Shown here piece after piece: positions 37,755-47,943 of a stretch of 64,000 nucleotides of DNA. The stretch is from Thainema sp. Its GTDB lineage: Bacteria > Cyanobacteriota > Cyanobacteriia > Phormidesmidales > Phormidesmidaceae. Below the pieces are notes generated by a model that did not search any database, was not told the origin of the DNA, and saw only the letters and a program-made list of their open reading frames with translations. A program made the position numbers and the translations under genes. The stretch is from positions 1-64,000 of the forward strand of contig JBQLZK010000008.1 in NCBI GenBank assembly GCA_052168235.1, given 5' to 3'. The first letter of the stretch is position 1; every line of letters starts with the position of its first letter.

Positions 37755-38879
37755 ATGGCTCAGATTTTAGTCATTGATGAAGATCCTGCGATTTTATTAC
37801 TCGCTCAGCGATCGCTGTCGCATCAGGGATATGAGGTCGCATTGGCCAACAACGGGGAAGAGGGCGTACGTAAAGCGAAAAGCCTACGTCCAGCAGTGGT
37901 GCTGTGTGACCAGATTATGCAAGGACTTAGTGGGCTGGAGGTGTGCCAACAGATAAAGGCCGATCCGGCGCTTTCCACGACGTTCATTATTCTGCTGACG
38001 GCTCGTACGGATATTCAAGATCGAATTGAGGGGTTTGACAGCGGAGCGGATGATTTCCTGACCAAGCCCGTTGATGTGAATGAAATGAATGCTCGCATTC
38101 GAGCAGCCATGCGGCTTTACCGGCTGAATCAAGATTTAGTTGAGCAAAAGCGATTACTGGAAGCGGAGCTGCACGAAGCCTCTGACTATGTGCGATCGCT
38201 ATTGCCCAAGCCAGCTAATCATCCTATTAAGGTAGAGTGTCACTTTTTACCGTCGCTCCAGTTGGGGGGCGACTGTTTTGATTATTACTGGCTCGATCCG
38301 GACTATCTGCTGATCTTTTTGCTAGATGTGTCCGGTCACGGTTTGGGAGCCGCGCTACCCTCAGTGACGATTCTGAATTTGTTGAGATCGCAGATGCTGC
38401 CGGATGTAAACTTCTACCGTCCTGAAACCGTGCTGGCCACGCTAAACGAAAACTTTCAGATGACTGAACAGCATAATAAATATTTCACGATTTGGTATGG
38501 AGTGTATAACTGCCAAACTCGCCAGCTGCTCTATGCTAGTGCGGGGCATCCGCCGGCCATTTTGGTTTCGGATCAGGTGCCAGTCCATGTTCAGCGGCTT
38601 GATACGCCTAATCCGCCGATAGGTTTTTTCTCGGATGTCATGTTCGTTAGCGATCGCTGTACGATTCCAGAACAGAGCTTACTCTATATTTTTAGCGATG
38701 GCATTTACGATGGCGTCAATCTCAGCAATGCGAAGGATTGGGGTTTAGATCGGTTTGTTGAACTCATTTCACAGCAGCCCTCTGAGTCTCTAGAAAGCTT
38801 GCTCGATCAGGTCAAAACGATTAATCAAACCCAAACCTTTCCAGATGATTTGTCGCTGCTTCGCTTCAGTTTGCCGTAG
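37755..38879 (+). CDS. Receiver domain plus PP2C/SpoIIE phosphatase (RsbU/RsbP-like)
   Basis: REC (ILVIDED, CDQIM, GADDFLTKP) fused to GGDCFD, DVSGHG, SAGHPP, FSDG, DDLS. Confidence 0.92.
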   Translation: MAQILVIDEDPAILLLAQRSLSHQGYEVALANNGEEGVRKAKSLRPAVVLCDQIMQGLSGLEVCQQIKADPALSTTFIILLTARTDIQDRIEGFDSGADDFLTKPVDVNEMNARIRAAMRLYRLNQDLVEQKRLLEAELHEASDYVRSLLPKPANHPIKVECHFLPSLQLGGDCFDYYWLDPDYLLIFLLDVSGHGLGAALPSVTILNLLRSQMLPDVNFYRPETVLATLNENFQMTEQHNKYFTIWYGVYNCQTRQLLYASAGHPPAILVSDQVPVHVQRLDTPNPPIGFFSDVMFVSDRCTIPEQSLLYIFSDGIYDGVNLSNAKDWGLDRFVELISQQPSESLESLLDQVKTINQTQTFPDDLSLLRFSLP

Positions 38880-38917
38880 CGGGTCAGTTTCATAAGTCTT
38901 TAAGGCGACCGTCCCTT

Positions 38918-39012
38918 CTACAGCCATCTTAAATTGATTATGAACAGGCCGCCCCGATGGGGCGGCCTGTTCATAATCAATTTAGTTCATCAGCTATTTG
39001 AGAGCGCTGTAG
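38918..39012. mobile_element. 95-bp MITE-like element with a 26-bp hairpin
   Basis: ctacagccatcttaaat / atttgagagcgctgtag ends; perfect stem 38930-38984 with loop gat. Confidence 0.8.
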
Positions 39013-39143
39013 ATCTTTCGCCAGACCTGAATATGACACACTAGACTGAGTACGTGTGGTTAATTTGAATCTGACGGACTAAACCTGACAACGTTAACCA
39101 ATTTCGACTAACTTCAATATTCTGGAAGCCTATCTCACCATTT

Positions 39144-39581
39144 ATGTCCGTGGAACCGTTATTTACACCGCACCAAATCGTTCGATTACACTGCGATCGC
39201 GCCTATCTATATGCTGAAGTGATTCAGCTCATCGAAAGTAAAAACTTGTGCTGGGCACGACCGCTGCTGCTTTGGTGTTGCGATCGCGGCCATAGCGAAT
39301 CACTCACTGCCTACTTTCAGCAGCCTGATACTTATCCAGGTTGTCGGCTGTATGATTTACGCCAGTTGGCTGATTTACTCTGGCCGACCCATTTATTTCA
39401 GCCTGTTCTCGATACTGAAGCGATTCCCTTACTGACCCATCTTTATCATCAAGATCATCAAGGTCAAGATCATCAAACGGCGAGTAGCTCTAATCCGATT
39501 CAGCTGGCCTCTGCAAAACAATTACGTCAATTCGTTGATCAAGTTTGGCAGTCTAATATGGAACAGTTCAAAAAAATGTAG
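39144..39581 (+). CDS. Hypothetical protein (145 aa)
   Basis: ATG ORF with LYAEVIQ...CWARPL and DLLWP..LF segments. Confidence 0.7.
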   Translation: MSVEPLFTPHQIVRLHCDRAYLYAEVIQLIESKNLCWARPLLLWCCDRGHSESLTAYFQQPDTYPGCRLYDLRQLADLLWPTHLFQPVLDTEAIPLLTHLYHQDHQGQDHQTASSSNPIQLASAKQLRQFVDQVWQSNMEQFKKM

Positions 39582-39829
39582 CGATGCATAGGAGTCTTCG
39601 TAGACTCATCAAACCCCTGATTATGTCGGTTCTATTAAATTAGATTGAGAACTGCTTAAGCTGAGAACTGTACAAAGATTTGGAATTTATACCCTGGTAA
39701 CTGAGACGTACTGAGGTGTATAAAGACGTTTGCATAGAGACGCTGCAATATAAAAGCGGAACTCACCCTGATTGCTTCCCAACCGCTTTTACTAAACCAT
39801 CTGTGATGAATAAATAAATTGATCGCTCA

Positions 39830-40024
39830 CTAGAAACTGGGCACTAACCGAATGCGGCCAGCATCCATCTCGGACATTAAAAGCTCCAGTGCTTCATAAT
39901 CCACATCCGAAACGTACCCTAACCGAGTTAGCTCATAGTTGATCTCATTTTCAATGTCAGGCGTTAACTGGCGAATATAGAGGGCTTTTTCCACCAGGCG
40001 ACGAATCACAAACTTAGGTTCCAT
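39830..40024 (-). CDS. Small hypothetical protein (64 aa)
   Basis: Helical IRRLVEKAL...DYEALELLM...GRI pattern seen in small cyanobacterial proteins. Confidence 0.75.
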   Translation of the reverse strand: MEPKFVIRRLVEKALYIRQLTPDIENEINYELTRLGYVSDVDYEALELLMSEMDAGRIRLVPSF

Positions 40025-40114
40025 GGGACTGAACTCTTTTTAAAATCTGTGTACCATAGCTCCAATTATTAACGACGCGCTTCTTTCCCTTTGTGATTTA
40101 ACACGCTAGTCTTT

Positions 40115-40130
40115 AGTGACCTGTATCACA
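40115..40130. promoter_or_regulatory. Putative CRP site upstream of the 64-aa gene
   Basis: AGTGA-CCTGTA-TCACA. Confidence 0.5.
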
Positions 40131-40489
40131 GCCTGTTGTTTCCCGGTTAGCCACGCTAAAAGAATGTTTGTCTAAACGGGTGCGATGCCAAAAATCTGAT
40201 CAAGGTCTCTTCTACAGGAGATCTCATGATAGTGTTTGATTGGTCTGTGCAGCATTGGGACGACTTCGATCGCAATGTTTTGTATTCTGGCGCACTGTCT
40301 CAGTATAAACACTTACCCTAATCTTTAATGAACAAGCGCGCCTTGATAAAGATTCGGCAAAGCCGCTAGTAAAATCTGGCAAGTTCTAATCTAGTCCGAT
40401 TAACGTCGAAACATTAATACCGAGGTCTCGGCTTCGGTGGATTTTTATTTTTGTGGTTTTAAGGGAAGTAAGCAATGCGGAACCTAACG

Positions 40490-40807
40490 ATGAACTATTC
40501 AATGGCTGTTATTCAACCATCTGGCTCCCTTAGCTCAGCCAATGCTAGCCAGTTTAACCAGGAGCTATCGGCAGCTATCGCCTCAAAAAACTGCAAGTCA
40601 CTCTTGGTTGACATGGCGCAGGTTGAATCGATCGACAGTGCAGGTTTGATGGCACTGGTGTCGGCTTGTCACCTAGCTCAAAAGCACGGAAAGCAAGTCA
40701 GCGTTTGTGCTGTTTCTCCTTCAGTGCGAATCATGATGGAGCTAACGAAGCTAGATCGAGTCCTAGACATCTTAGTGCATCCTCCTGTATTAGAGGTTGC
40801 TGCTTAA
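40490..40807 (+). CDS. STAS-domain anti-sigma factor antagonist
   Basis: LLVDMAQVESIDSAGLMALV with the phospho-acceptor Ser; start may be 40475, 40490 or 40502. Confidence 0.88.
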   Translation: MNYSMAVIQPSGSLSSANASQFNQELSAAIASKNCKSLLVDMAQVESIDSAGLMALVSACHLAQKHGKQVSVCAVSPSVRIMMELTKLDRVLDILVHPPVLEVAA

Positions 40808-40927
40808 ACAGTCGCAATATAATTTAGCCAATACTCCCATCTACTGTTGATTAATCTTCATATTGCTGTTCATAGTTACCCGATGTAGTTTTGGCTCTCC
40901 TAGCTCCCCCTTAGCTCTTGAAACGGC

Positions 40928-40965
40928 AAAATAGCCCCAGCCTGGAAAGGCTGGGGCTATTTTTT
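40928..40965. terminator. Bidirectional intrinsic terminator
   Basis: aaaatagccccagcct-ggaa-aggctggggctatttttt. Confidence 0.85.
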
Positions 40966-41006
40966 ACCTTGCTGGTTGATGAAAGCCCCGCTTAACAAGC
41001 CATTCA

Positions 41007-41122
41007 TAGCCTGACGTAATCAGGTTAAGGCAGATAGTTTTTGAGAACAGATAGTTTTTGAGAAGCTGCGCTTAGCGCAGCTTCTCAAAAACTATCTGCC
41101 TGGTTCTAAGCGCATAGCGCTA
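41007..41122. mobile_element. MITE-like hairpin element with a 17-bp tandem duplication in its left arm
   Basis: cagatagtttttgagaa x2 (41031-41064); 25-bp stem 41048-41098; tagc...gcta ends. Confidence 0.7.
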
Positions 41123-41144
41123 CATCACCATCACTTTGTCAGAT

Positions 41145-42884
41145 TTAGCTAGATGCTGTCTCAGCCTTGAGCAGCAACCAGCAGGGTAGGAAATAGCGAG
41201 CTAGACTGTCATCTACATCCCAGAACTCGGTGTAGCAGTCGCTAGAGCAGTAACTGCTGATAAACACCGTGAGTAAATCTTGAAAAGGCAGGTCGGGATG
41301 CTGGGCTGAGGTGAAGTCTGTGTAGAGGGTGTTGACGGCATTTTGCAAATACAGCAAATTGCTGGCAATTTCAGCGAATACGCTGCCGCTGCCGGCCAGA
41401 GTTGGCAAATAGTCGGCGCTATACTCGCTGAGAAAAATGTGATAGAGCTGTGAGATCGCACATTTGAGGCTGGTGCGACAGGTCAGCGATTCGACATTGT
41501 GCCCCTGCGCATCCCAAGCGGTCAGCAGTTCGGCTTCGAGCGGCGAGAAATGTAGAGCGGACAGCTCCATTTCCAATAAGGGTTTGAGCACCCGCAAAAA
41601 CAAAAAATCTAAATCGGCCAGGCTTAAATCCAGCTTCATCGGCAGGGTTTTGAACAGCGACGAGCTGAGTAACTGATCGGCAGCCTGGGGATAGTCCCAG
41701 ACAAACTTAAACTCGGCGGCATCAGCTACCATTTCCCCCAACAGGTGCGTGAACAGAAGACCCAAGCGCTGACGCACTTCACCGTGAAAGAATAGCCGCG
41801 CCCGCTGCACATCTAGCGTGACCGTCTGATCCGTCAGCTTAAACAACTCCTGGCAGGTGAGCGGCCCGTTCGGGGTATAGGCTGTTTCCCCAGCTCGTAG
41901 CGGTTCATCACAATCGGCCAGAATGGCATAGTCGCTTTCAAATTGGGTCAGCATGAGCTGCCAATGATGTCCCCAGATATCATGCAGCAGAAAGGCCTCT
42001 GCTTTATGTAAGGGGATTACACCCACTGCCCGCGACAGCGATCGCAACAGAGCGACCACCTCAACTCTCACTGTTGCTGCCACCTGCTCCACCCACTCCC
42101 GATCAATCTGCATCGGGTCGCAGGGGCCAAAGGTCGGAAATCGCTGAAACTGGCTATAGCTAAAGCTACCTGCCGCCATCAGCAATTGCTTCAGCTTTGC
42201 CAACGCAATCGCATCTAAACCATCCGCCGTCTTACCTTCCCCTCCCTCAAGTTCCTCTACAGCCTTTACATCCACACAAAAATAAACCTGCAGTGGCGTA
42301 TAAACCAGCTGCACAAGGCCCACTGGCACGTCGATCGTAAACAGATAGCGAAATAGTCGAGCGGCACTGCTCAGATGGGGCTGCTCGGTATCGGGTGTGA
42401 TCTCTACACTGGCTAGCACCGCTTGCATAATGCGGTGCTGTTGCTCAATTTGGTGATCCACCTGAGCCAAGAGCGTCTTTAACCCGGCTTGATGATCCGT
42501 GGACAGCTCATACTGCTGGCAGAGAGTTGCGATCGCAGTTTCTGTATCCCAGCTGGCTGGAATCGGATCGGGCTGATATTGGCTGAGCGTCGGCGATGGC
42601 ATGGTGCCGCGCCACTGCATCCCGCCCACACGGTGGTAGCGCGTCACGAGTAAAACTGACTCGACAAATGCCTGCCGAACCTTGAGCGGAATTTGGGCGG
42701 GAGAACTGCGATCGCAACAGACCGGATGGGCGTAGGTCTGCAACGTAGCCTGAATCTCCCGTAGCCGCTCCTGACGACGCTGCACCCGTGGTTCTGAACT
42801 GTCGTTACCCACGAGGAAACGCGACAGTTGTAGGGCTTCTGCTAACAGTTGACGACGAACCGAATCGGGAGCCGGAGCGGGCAT
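41145..42884 (-). CDS. Hypothetical protein (579 aa), possible metallohydrolase
   Basis: Long ATG ORF; HDIWGHH and downstream GEMVAD segments. Confidence 0.8.
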   Translation of the reverse strand: MPAPAPDSVRRQLLAEALQLSRFLVGNDSSEPRVQRRQERLREIQATLQTYAHPVCCDRSSPAQIPLKVRQAFVESVLLVTRYHRVGGMQWRGTMPSPTLSQYQPDPIPASWDTETAIATLCQQYELSTDHQAGLKTLLAQVDHQIEQQHRIMQAVLASVEITPDTEQPHLSSAARLFRYLFTIDVPVGLVQLVYTPLQVYFCVDVKAVEELEGGEGKTADGLDAIALAKLKQLLMAAGSFSYSQFQRFPTFGPCDPMQIDREWVEQVAATVRVEVVALLRSLSRAVGVIPLHKAEAFLLHDIWGHHWQLMLTQFESDYAILADCDEPLRAGETAYTPNGPLTCQELFKLTDQTVTLDVQRARLFFHGEVRQRLGLLFTHLLGEMVADAAEFKFVWDYPQAADQLLSSSLFKTLPMKLDLSLADLDFLFLRVLKPLLEMELSALHFSPLEAELLTAWDAQGHNVESLTCRTSLKCAISQLYHIFLSEYSADYLPTLAGSGSVFAEIASNLLYLQNAVNTLYTDFTSAQHPDLPFQDLLTVFISSYCSSDCYTEFWDVDDSLARYFLPCWLLLKAETASS

Positions 42885-42925
42885 GGCAATGGTGAGGGAA
42901 ATCGATATCCCAAATTATGGCCAAT

Positions 42926-43993
42926 TTAATGCGCTGGCGTCATCTCCGTGCGCGTTGTCGCCTGGGCCAAACGGCGTAGCATTTCGGCAGTGGTGTCAAA
43001 ATCTACACAGGCATCGGTGATGCTCTGACCATAGCGGAGCTGGCTCAAATCCTTGGGAATGGACTGATTGCCTGCCACCAAATGACTTTCAATCATGACG
43101 CCCAGTAGGTGCTGAGAACCGTTGGCCACCTGCTGAGCGACTTCGTCCAGCACGACGGTTTGACGATTGTGATCTTTATTGGCGTTGGCATGGCTGCAAT
43201 CGACCAGAACCCGCGCGTTAATGCCTTGCTTACTCAATTCCTGAGCTGCTGCTTCCACATGTTCTACGTCAAAATTGGGGCCGTGCTTGCCGCCTCGCAG
43301 TACCAGGTGGCAATCGGGATTGCCTGTCGTAGCCACGATGCTGGCTAGACCGTGACTGTTGATGCCCAGAAAATGGTGGGGCCGAATCGCGGCCAAAATC
43401 GCGTTGACGGCGGTTTGTACCGAACCGTCAGTGCTGTTTTTGAAGCCAATCGGCATGGACAGACCGGAGGCCATTTCGCGGTGGGTTTGGCTCTCGGTGG
43501 TGCGTGCCCCAATGGCTGACCAGGAAATCACATCAGCGATGTACTGCGGGGTAATCGGATCGAGCAGTTCAGTCGCGGCAGGCAGGCCAATTTCAGCGAG
43601 ATCCAACAGCAGCTTGCGGGCGATCCGCAGGCCGTTATTGATGTCGTAGCTGCCGTCCAGGTGAGGATCATTAATTAAACCTTTCCAGCCGATATTGGTG
43701 CGCGGCTTCTCAAAGTAAACCCGCATGACGATTTCGAGCTGATCCTGATACTTTTCGCGCAGTTTGACCAGTTTATGACCATATTCCATTGCCGCGTCCA
43801 CGTCGTGAACGGAGCAGGGGCCAACGATTACGAGCAGCCGCTGATCTTCATTGCGTAGGATATTACGAATGCGATCGCGGGTTTCAGCGACCAACTCGGA
43901 AGCTTGCTCGGTAATGGGCAGCTCGTGGTGGATCATCGCTGGGCTGATGAGTGGCCGAGTATCAACAACGTGTAGATCGCTGGTCTTATGCAT
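42926..43993 (-). CDS. aroG: 3-deoxy-7-phosphoheptulonate (DAHP) synthase, class I-alpha (AroF/G/H type)
   Basis: VGPCSVHD, RVYFEKPRT, IGARTTESQTHRE, DCSHAN, GQSITDAC; ATG at 43993; paralog identity (F/G/H) not resolvable. Confidence 0.9.
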   Translation of the reverse strand: MHKTSDLHVVDTRPLISPAMIHHELPITEQASELVAETRDRIRNILRNEDQRLLVIVGPCSVHDVDAAMEYGHKLVKLREKYQDQLEIVMRVYFEKPRTNIGWKGLINDPHLDGSYDINNGLRIARKLLLDLAEIGLPAATELLDPITPQYIADVISWSAIGARTTESQTHREMASGLSMPIGFKNSTDGSVQTAVNAILAAIRPHHFLGINSHGLASIVATTGNPDCHLVLRGGKHGPNFDVEHVEAAAQELSKQGINARVLVDCSHANANKDHNRQTVVLDEVAQQVANGSQHLLGVMIESHLVAGNQSIPKDLSQLRYGQSITDACVDFDTTAEMLRRLAQATTRTEMTPAH

Positions 43994-44327
43994 GGGAAGT
44001 TCTAGGAGCATCGGCAAGGATACGATTCTTCAAATTGTAGTCAGTTTTACTCTTTTCTATTGTGTGAGGTTTTGGGGCTTCATCCAACCCAGTTTTAAAT
44101 TAAATCTTGACTTAAATCGTGAGACTTTGGCCCAAACGCCACGTTTGTCACTTTAACAAGTTACTTCAACTCCTGTGGTGGCATCTGCCAAAATGCTTAT
44201 TGGTTCGCAACTTTAGCGGATTGCCGTTCGCTGAAGATTACGGTAGACACGTAGTCAGCCTAAATACCTGCGTCATGGATACTTGACGCAGCAACTAACC
44301 GTCTGAGCTGGAAGAATTACCGAAAAT

Positions 44328-44765
44328 CTATAGCACCTGGGCAACTGCCTGAGCATAAGCCGTCAGCTTAGCCTGAGCCGCGTCATCGTACAAGCTACCA
44401 TCCTGCCGATTGAGCATCATGAATGTACCAAGTACTTGTCCATCACGGATGATCGGTACGGCTAGCGCTGTCGTTATGCTCAGTTTTTCAACCCAGTCCT
44501 GTCGCACGCGTGAGTCACCTTGAGGCTGGCACACTAACTCCGCTTGTTTTGACCTGAACGTAACACCGCAAAGCCCAGATGTTGCACTCGCCGCTCGCTT
44601 TCCTTTGATGATCGCCGCATCTTTGCCAACGGCGGCAGCATGAAAGACGGTTTCACCACCTGCTTCCGATAGGCTCAAAACAGATGTTTCGGCTCCAACC
44701 AGTGTTTGCGCGTGTTGAGCAATAGCGGTCAATTGATCGGCGGCGGATGAGGTGGACTGATACAT
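44328..44765 (-). CDS. Stand-alone GAF domain protein
   Basis: GLCG.TF, DSRV, ALAVPII.DGQVLG, NR.DG..Y... Confidence 0.8.
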   Translation of the reverse strand: MYQSTSSAADQLTAIAQHAQTLVGAETSVLSLSEAGGETVFHAAAVGKDAAIIKGKRAASATSGLCGVTFRSKQAELVCQPQGDSRVRQDWVEKLSITTALAVPIIRDGQVLGTFMMLNRQDGSLYDDAAQAKLTAYAQAVAQVL

Positions 44766-44896
44766 AGAGTTTAGGTCGCGACGAATTATTCTCTATCGTC
44801 CCATACCTGTTTCAGCTCCACCCCGTCCTGGTTTGGACTGAGATCGCACTTCAACTTCCAGTTTCTGCAAATTCTCCAGACAGTCCTGGAAGGCAA

Positions 44897-45886
44897 TTAT
44901 TCAAGGAGCGTGCCGTCGGGCATTGTCGCTTCTGAGAAGATGGCTTCGGCTGACAAGAGTGTATCCAATGCGGCACCGCGCAGACTCGCTTTACTAAAAT
45001 TGGCTCGCTGGAGATTCGTTCCAATCAGCTTTGCTCCCCAGAGGTAGGCACCACGCAGACTGGCCTCAGTGAGATTGGCCGCTGTCAGGTTGGCCAAATT
45101 TAATTTAGCTCCTGTCAGATCTGCGATCGCAAGATTGGCGTTGGTCAAATCAGCTTTATTCAGTGTTGCTTCGCTCAGATCGGCTCGGCGCAGATCAGCC
45201 TCGGTTAAATTGGCGGATTGAAGTTGCGATCGCATTAAGTTAGCGACTCGCAGTTGCGTATGGCTCAGATTAGCTGCTGAGAGATTGGCATTGCTGAAGT
45301 TTGTCCCCGACAGCCGCGCCTCGCTCAGGTTCACACCATCAAGGTCAAAGCCGCTGAAGTTGACTCCATTCAGCCAGGCTTCACTGAGACGGGTTCCGTT
45401 CAACACCGCATTTTCCAGGCAGGCTCCACTCAAGCGGGCTCCACTCAGATTCGTCCAGTTGAGGTTGGCTGAGCGGAGATTGCAGCCCCGCAAATTAATC
45501 CCCTGTAAATTGGCACCACAGAGATTGACCCGCTCTAGGTTCGCTCCTCGCAGATTAACTGCCTTCAGGATTGCACCACTCAGTTTGGCATCCGTAACAT
45601 TGGCTCGAATTAACGAAGCTCCCTGGAGGTTGGCTTTGGTCAAATCGGCATTGGTTAAATTGCAGTGGTCAAGTTTGGCATAACTTAAATTTGCCCCATA
45701 GAGAAAGGCATCTTTTAAGTTTGCGCCCCGTAGCGATACATGGCTGAGGTTGGCCGAGCCGAGATAGGTGCCCGTCAAATCTGCCCCAGCTAACTTCACG
45801 CCGTTGAAATTTGCACCCATAAAGTTGAGATCGCGAAATGACCGTTCTCCCGCTTCGTAGCGCTTCACTAATTCCGACACATCCAT
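44897..45886 (-). CDS. Pentapeptide repeat protein
   Basis: ELVKRYEAGERSF start, A(D/N)Lxx repeats, MPDG end; ATG at 45886. Confidence 0.93.
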   Translation of the reverse strand: MDVSELVKRYEAGERSFRDLNFMGANFNGVKLAGADLTGTYLGSANLSHVSLRGANLKDAFLYGANLSYAKLDHCNLTNADLTKANLQGASLIRANVTDAKLSGAILKAVNLRGANLERVNLCGANLQGINLRGCNLRSANLNWTNLSGARLSGACLENAVLNGTRLSEAWLNGVNFSGFDLDGVNLSEARLSGTNFSNANLSAANLSHTQLRVANLMRSQLQSANLTEADLRRADLSEATLNKADLTNANLAIADLTGAKLNLANLTAANLTEASLRGAYLWGAKLIGTNLQRANFSKASLRGAALDTLLSAEAIFSEATMPDGTLLE

Positions 45887-46337
45887 AAGGTAGTACCTCG
45901 CTAATCTGTCCTCAAATTCAGCTCCAGCTTTTACCGCCCTTATCACCTGCAGTCCCTTGCAGGTTGCAAAGTGATACGAAGTCGGGTTAGAACCCAATGG
46001 ATTATTTGTGTCAAGTTAGCGAAGCCAGCCTTTCACAAACAATTCATTGGGTTCTCATACCCGAACTTGATAGTAAATGTGTGAGCAGTAAGCCCCTTTG
46101 TGCTGAATAGGAGCAACGCAAACCAAAATTGAGAACATAGAACCCTGATCCTCGTGTCGTTAGCGTGCCCGTTTACACGCCCCAGTCATGGAAATCTCGA
46201 TAAAGTGTGAGAATTAGCAACACAGCGATACGTTTGTTCACGGTGATGCCCAGTTTGCTCCTGAAAGTCAGATTATGATTTGGCTGTGGAAACCTTGTTT
46301 AGCGAAGCTTTCACAGAGTTGGGGGATGAAGGGAAGA

Positions 46338-46925
46338 CTAAGCTTGCCGACCGCTTTCGCCTGTGATCACGGCGGCACCGATTAAATGGGCGAGTCGCAG
46401 CGCTTCCGGCACGTGGCCGCGATCGCTAATTCGCTGAAGGACTTGAGCAATCACCACGGGATCGGCATCGCCACAGACTTGAAAATAAAACGGCGGAAAC
46501 TCGTGTATGGTTCCCGCCTGCTGCATGATAGCGTATCGTTTTTCAAATTCGGGCAGTCGCTGCATGGCTTGCTGAATTCTGGCCAAGCGAGGCAAACGGC
46601 GCATAACGGCCACACAAGGACGCTCCAGCCGCTGCGCCAGTTGGGGTAAATTAATCACGTTAAATCCGCCCATGCAGATGCCGTCCAGCAGGACAAGATG
46701 AAGCTGGGGCAAAAACTTACCGTCGATCAGCAACTTGCAGACTGTATCCGTCGCGTCCCAGCCATCGGCCTCAATCTCGCCCCAGACCATGCCCTCGAAC
46801 CGAGTGCCGCCACACACCACACCTGCGATCGCAACTGGCTCGCTCTGCCCTCGTTGAAAGGGTGCATCGTCAAATCCAATCACGCGAATGGTGCGATCGC
46901 GCCGCAGGAGTTCGCTCAGTTCCAT
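46338..46925 (-). CDS. DUF99 family (endonuclease V-like) protein
   Basis: VIGFDDAPF, DGWDAT, LLDGI.MGGFNV, PEALRLAHLI. Confidence 0.85.
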   Translation of the reverse strand: MELSELLRRDRTIRVIGFDDAPFQRGQSEPVAIAGVVCGGTRFEGMVWGEIEADGWDATDTVCKLLIDGKFLPQLHLVLLDGICMGGFNVINLPQLAQRLERPCVAVMRRLPRLARIQQAMQRLPEFEKRYAIMQQAGTIHEFPPFYFQVCGDADPVVIAQVLQRISDRGHVPEALRLAHLIGAAVITGESGRQA

Positions 46926-46940
46926 TGCTGATTGACCAGA

Positions 46941-47552
46941 CTAGTCATCTCGTAAGTAGCCTGCTGCAATGGAGTCCTCGATGATCGCTTCCACCAGTGG
47001 CCAGAGGGCAGGAGCGCCCTGCTGAACGGGAGCCATCCGTTTGAGTACCTGACTGCGGCAAATATCATGAATCTTCCAAGTGCCGCCTTCGGTGTAGTAG
47101 TTGTGCAGAATCGGCTGGATGCGGTCTAGAGACGCGGCAAAGCGAGCATCGACGGTGGCTTGAGTTTCGAATTCATCCCACAGCGATCGCAACTCGGCCT
47201 GCTGAGCATCTGGCAGTAGACCAAAGAGCCGATCAGCGGCTTTCTGTTCCCGTCTAGCCTTGTCTACGTGGCCCTGGGTGTCGTAGCAGAAGGTGTCGCC
47301 GGCATCGATTTCCACAATGTCGTGGATCAGCACCATTTGAATCACCCGCAGCACGTTAATCGGTTCTGGGGCATATTCCTCTAGCAAAACGGCCATCAGC
47401 GCGAGGTGCCAGGAATGCTCGGCGCTATTTTCTCGGCGCGAGCTGTCGGTCAATAAGGTCTGACGCAGAACTCGCTTCAGCTTGTCGATTTCCATGACAA
47501 ACTGCAACTGCTGGGCTAAACGGGCCGATTGATTTGCGATCGCTTGCATCAT
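46941..47552 (-). CDS. HD-domain phosphohydrolase (YfbR/HDDC2-like)
   Basis: ENSAEHSWH, HDIVEIDAGD, LDR. Confidence 0.9.
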   Translation of the reverse strand: MMQAIANQSARLAQQLQFVMEIDKLKRVLRQTLLTDSSRRENSAEHSWHLALMAVLLEEYAPEPINVLRVIQMVLIHDIVEIDAGDTFCYDTQGHVDKARREQKAADRLFGLLPDAQQAELRSLWDEFETQATVDARFAASLDRIQPILHNYYTEGGTWKIHDICRSQVLKRMAPVQQGAPALWPLVEAIIEDSIAAGYLRDD

Positions 47553-47556
47553 TGAG

Positions 47557-47922
47557 TTACTCCGCAGCGTGCTGTTTTAGCTCGCTCATGGAGACATATT
47601 CCAGCGTTGAGGCGTGGGTGGCCGATAGCACAACTTTGGGAGCCATGCCTGCATCTAGTGCTTCTTTCCAGCGGGAGGCACAGAGGCACCAGCGATCGCC
47701 GGGTTTGAGTCCCGGAAAATCATACTCTGGGCGGGGCGTAATCAAGTCATTGCCCTGGGCTTTGGAGAAGGCCAGAAAGTCTTCAGTCACCTCAGCGCAA
47801 ACCGTGTGAGCCCCCAAATCACCTGCGCCTGTGTTGCAGCAGCCATCGCGATAGAATCCGGTCATGGGTGCGGTGCTACAGGTCGCTAGCTCGGTTCCAA
47901 TTACATTTGTCGCTTTAGACAT
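47557..47922 (-). CDS. DUF2237 family protein
   Basis: TGFYRDGCC, HTVCA, GNDL.TP, GLKPGDRWCLCASRW. Confidence 0.92.
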   Translation of the reverse strand: MSKATNVIGTELATCSTAPMTGFYRDGCCNTGAGDLGAHTVCAEVTEDFLAFSKAQGNDLITPRPEYDFPGLKPGDRWCLCASRWKEALDAGMAPKVVLSATHASTLEYVSMSELKQHAAE

Positions 47923-47943
47923 CGTTTCTCCTAATCGTCACGT

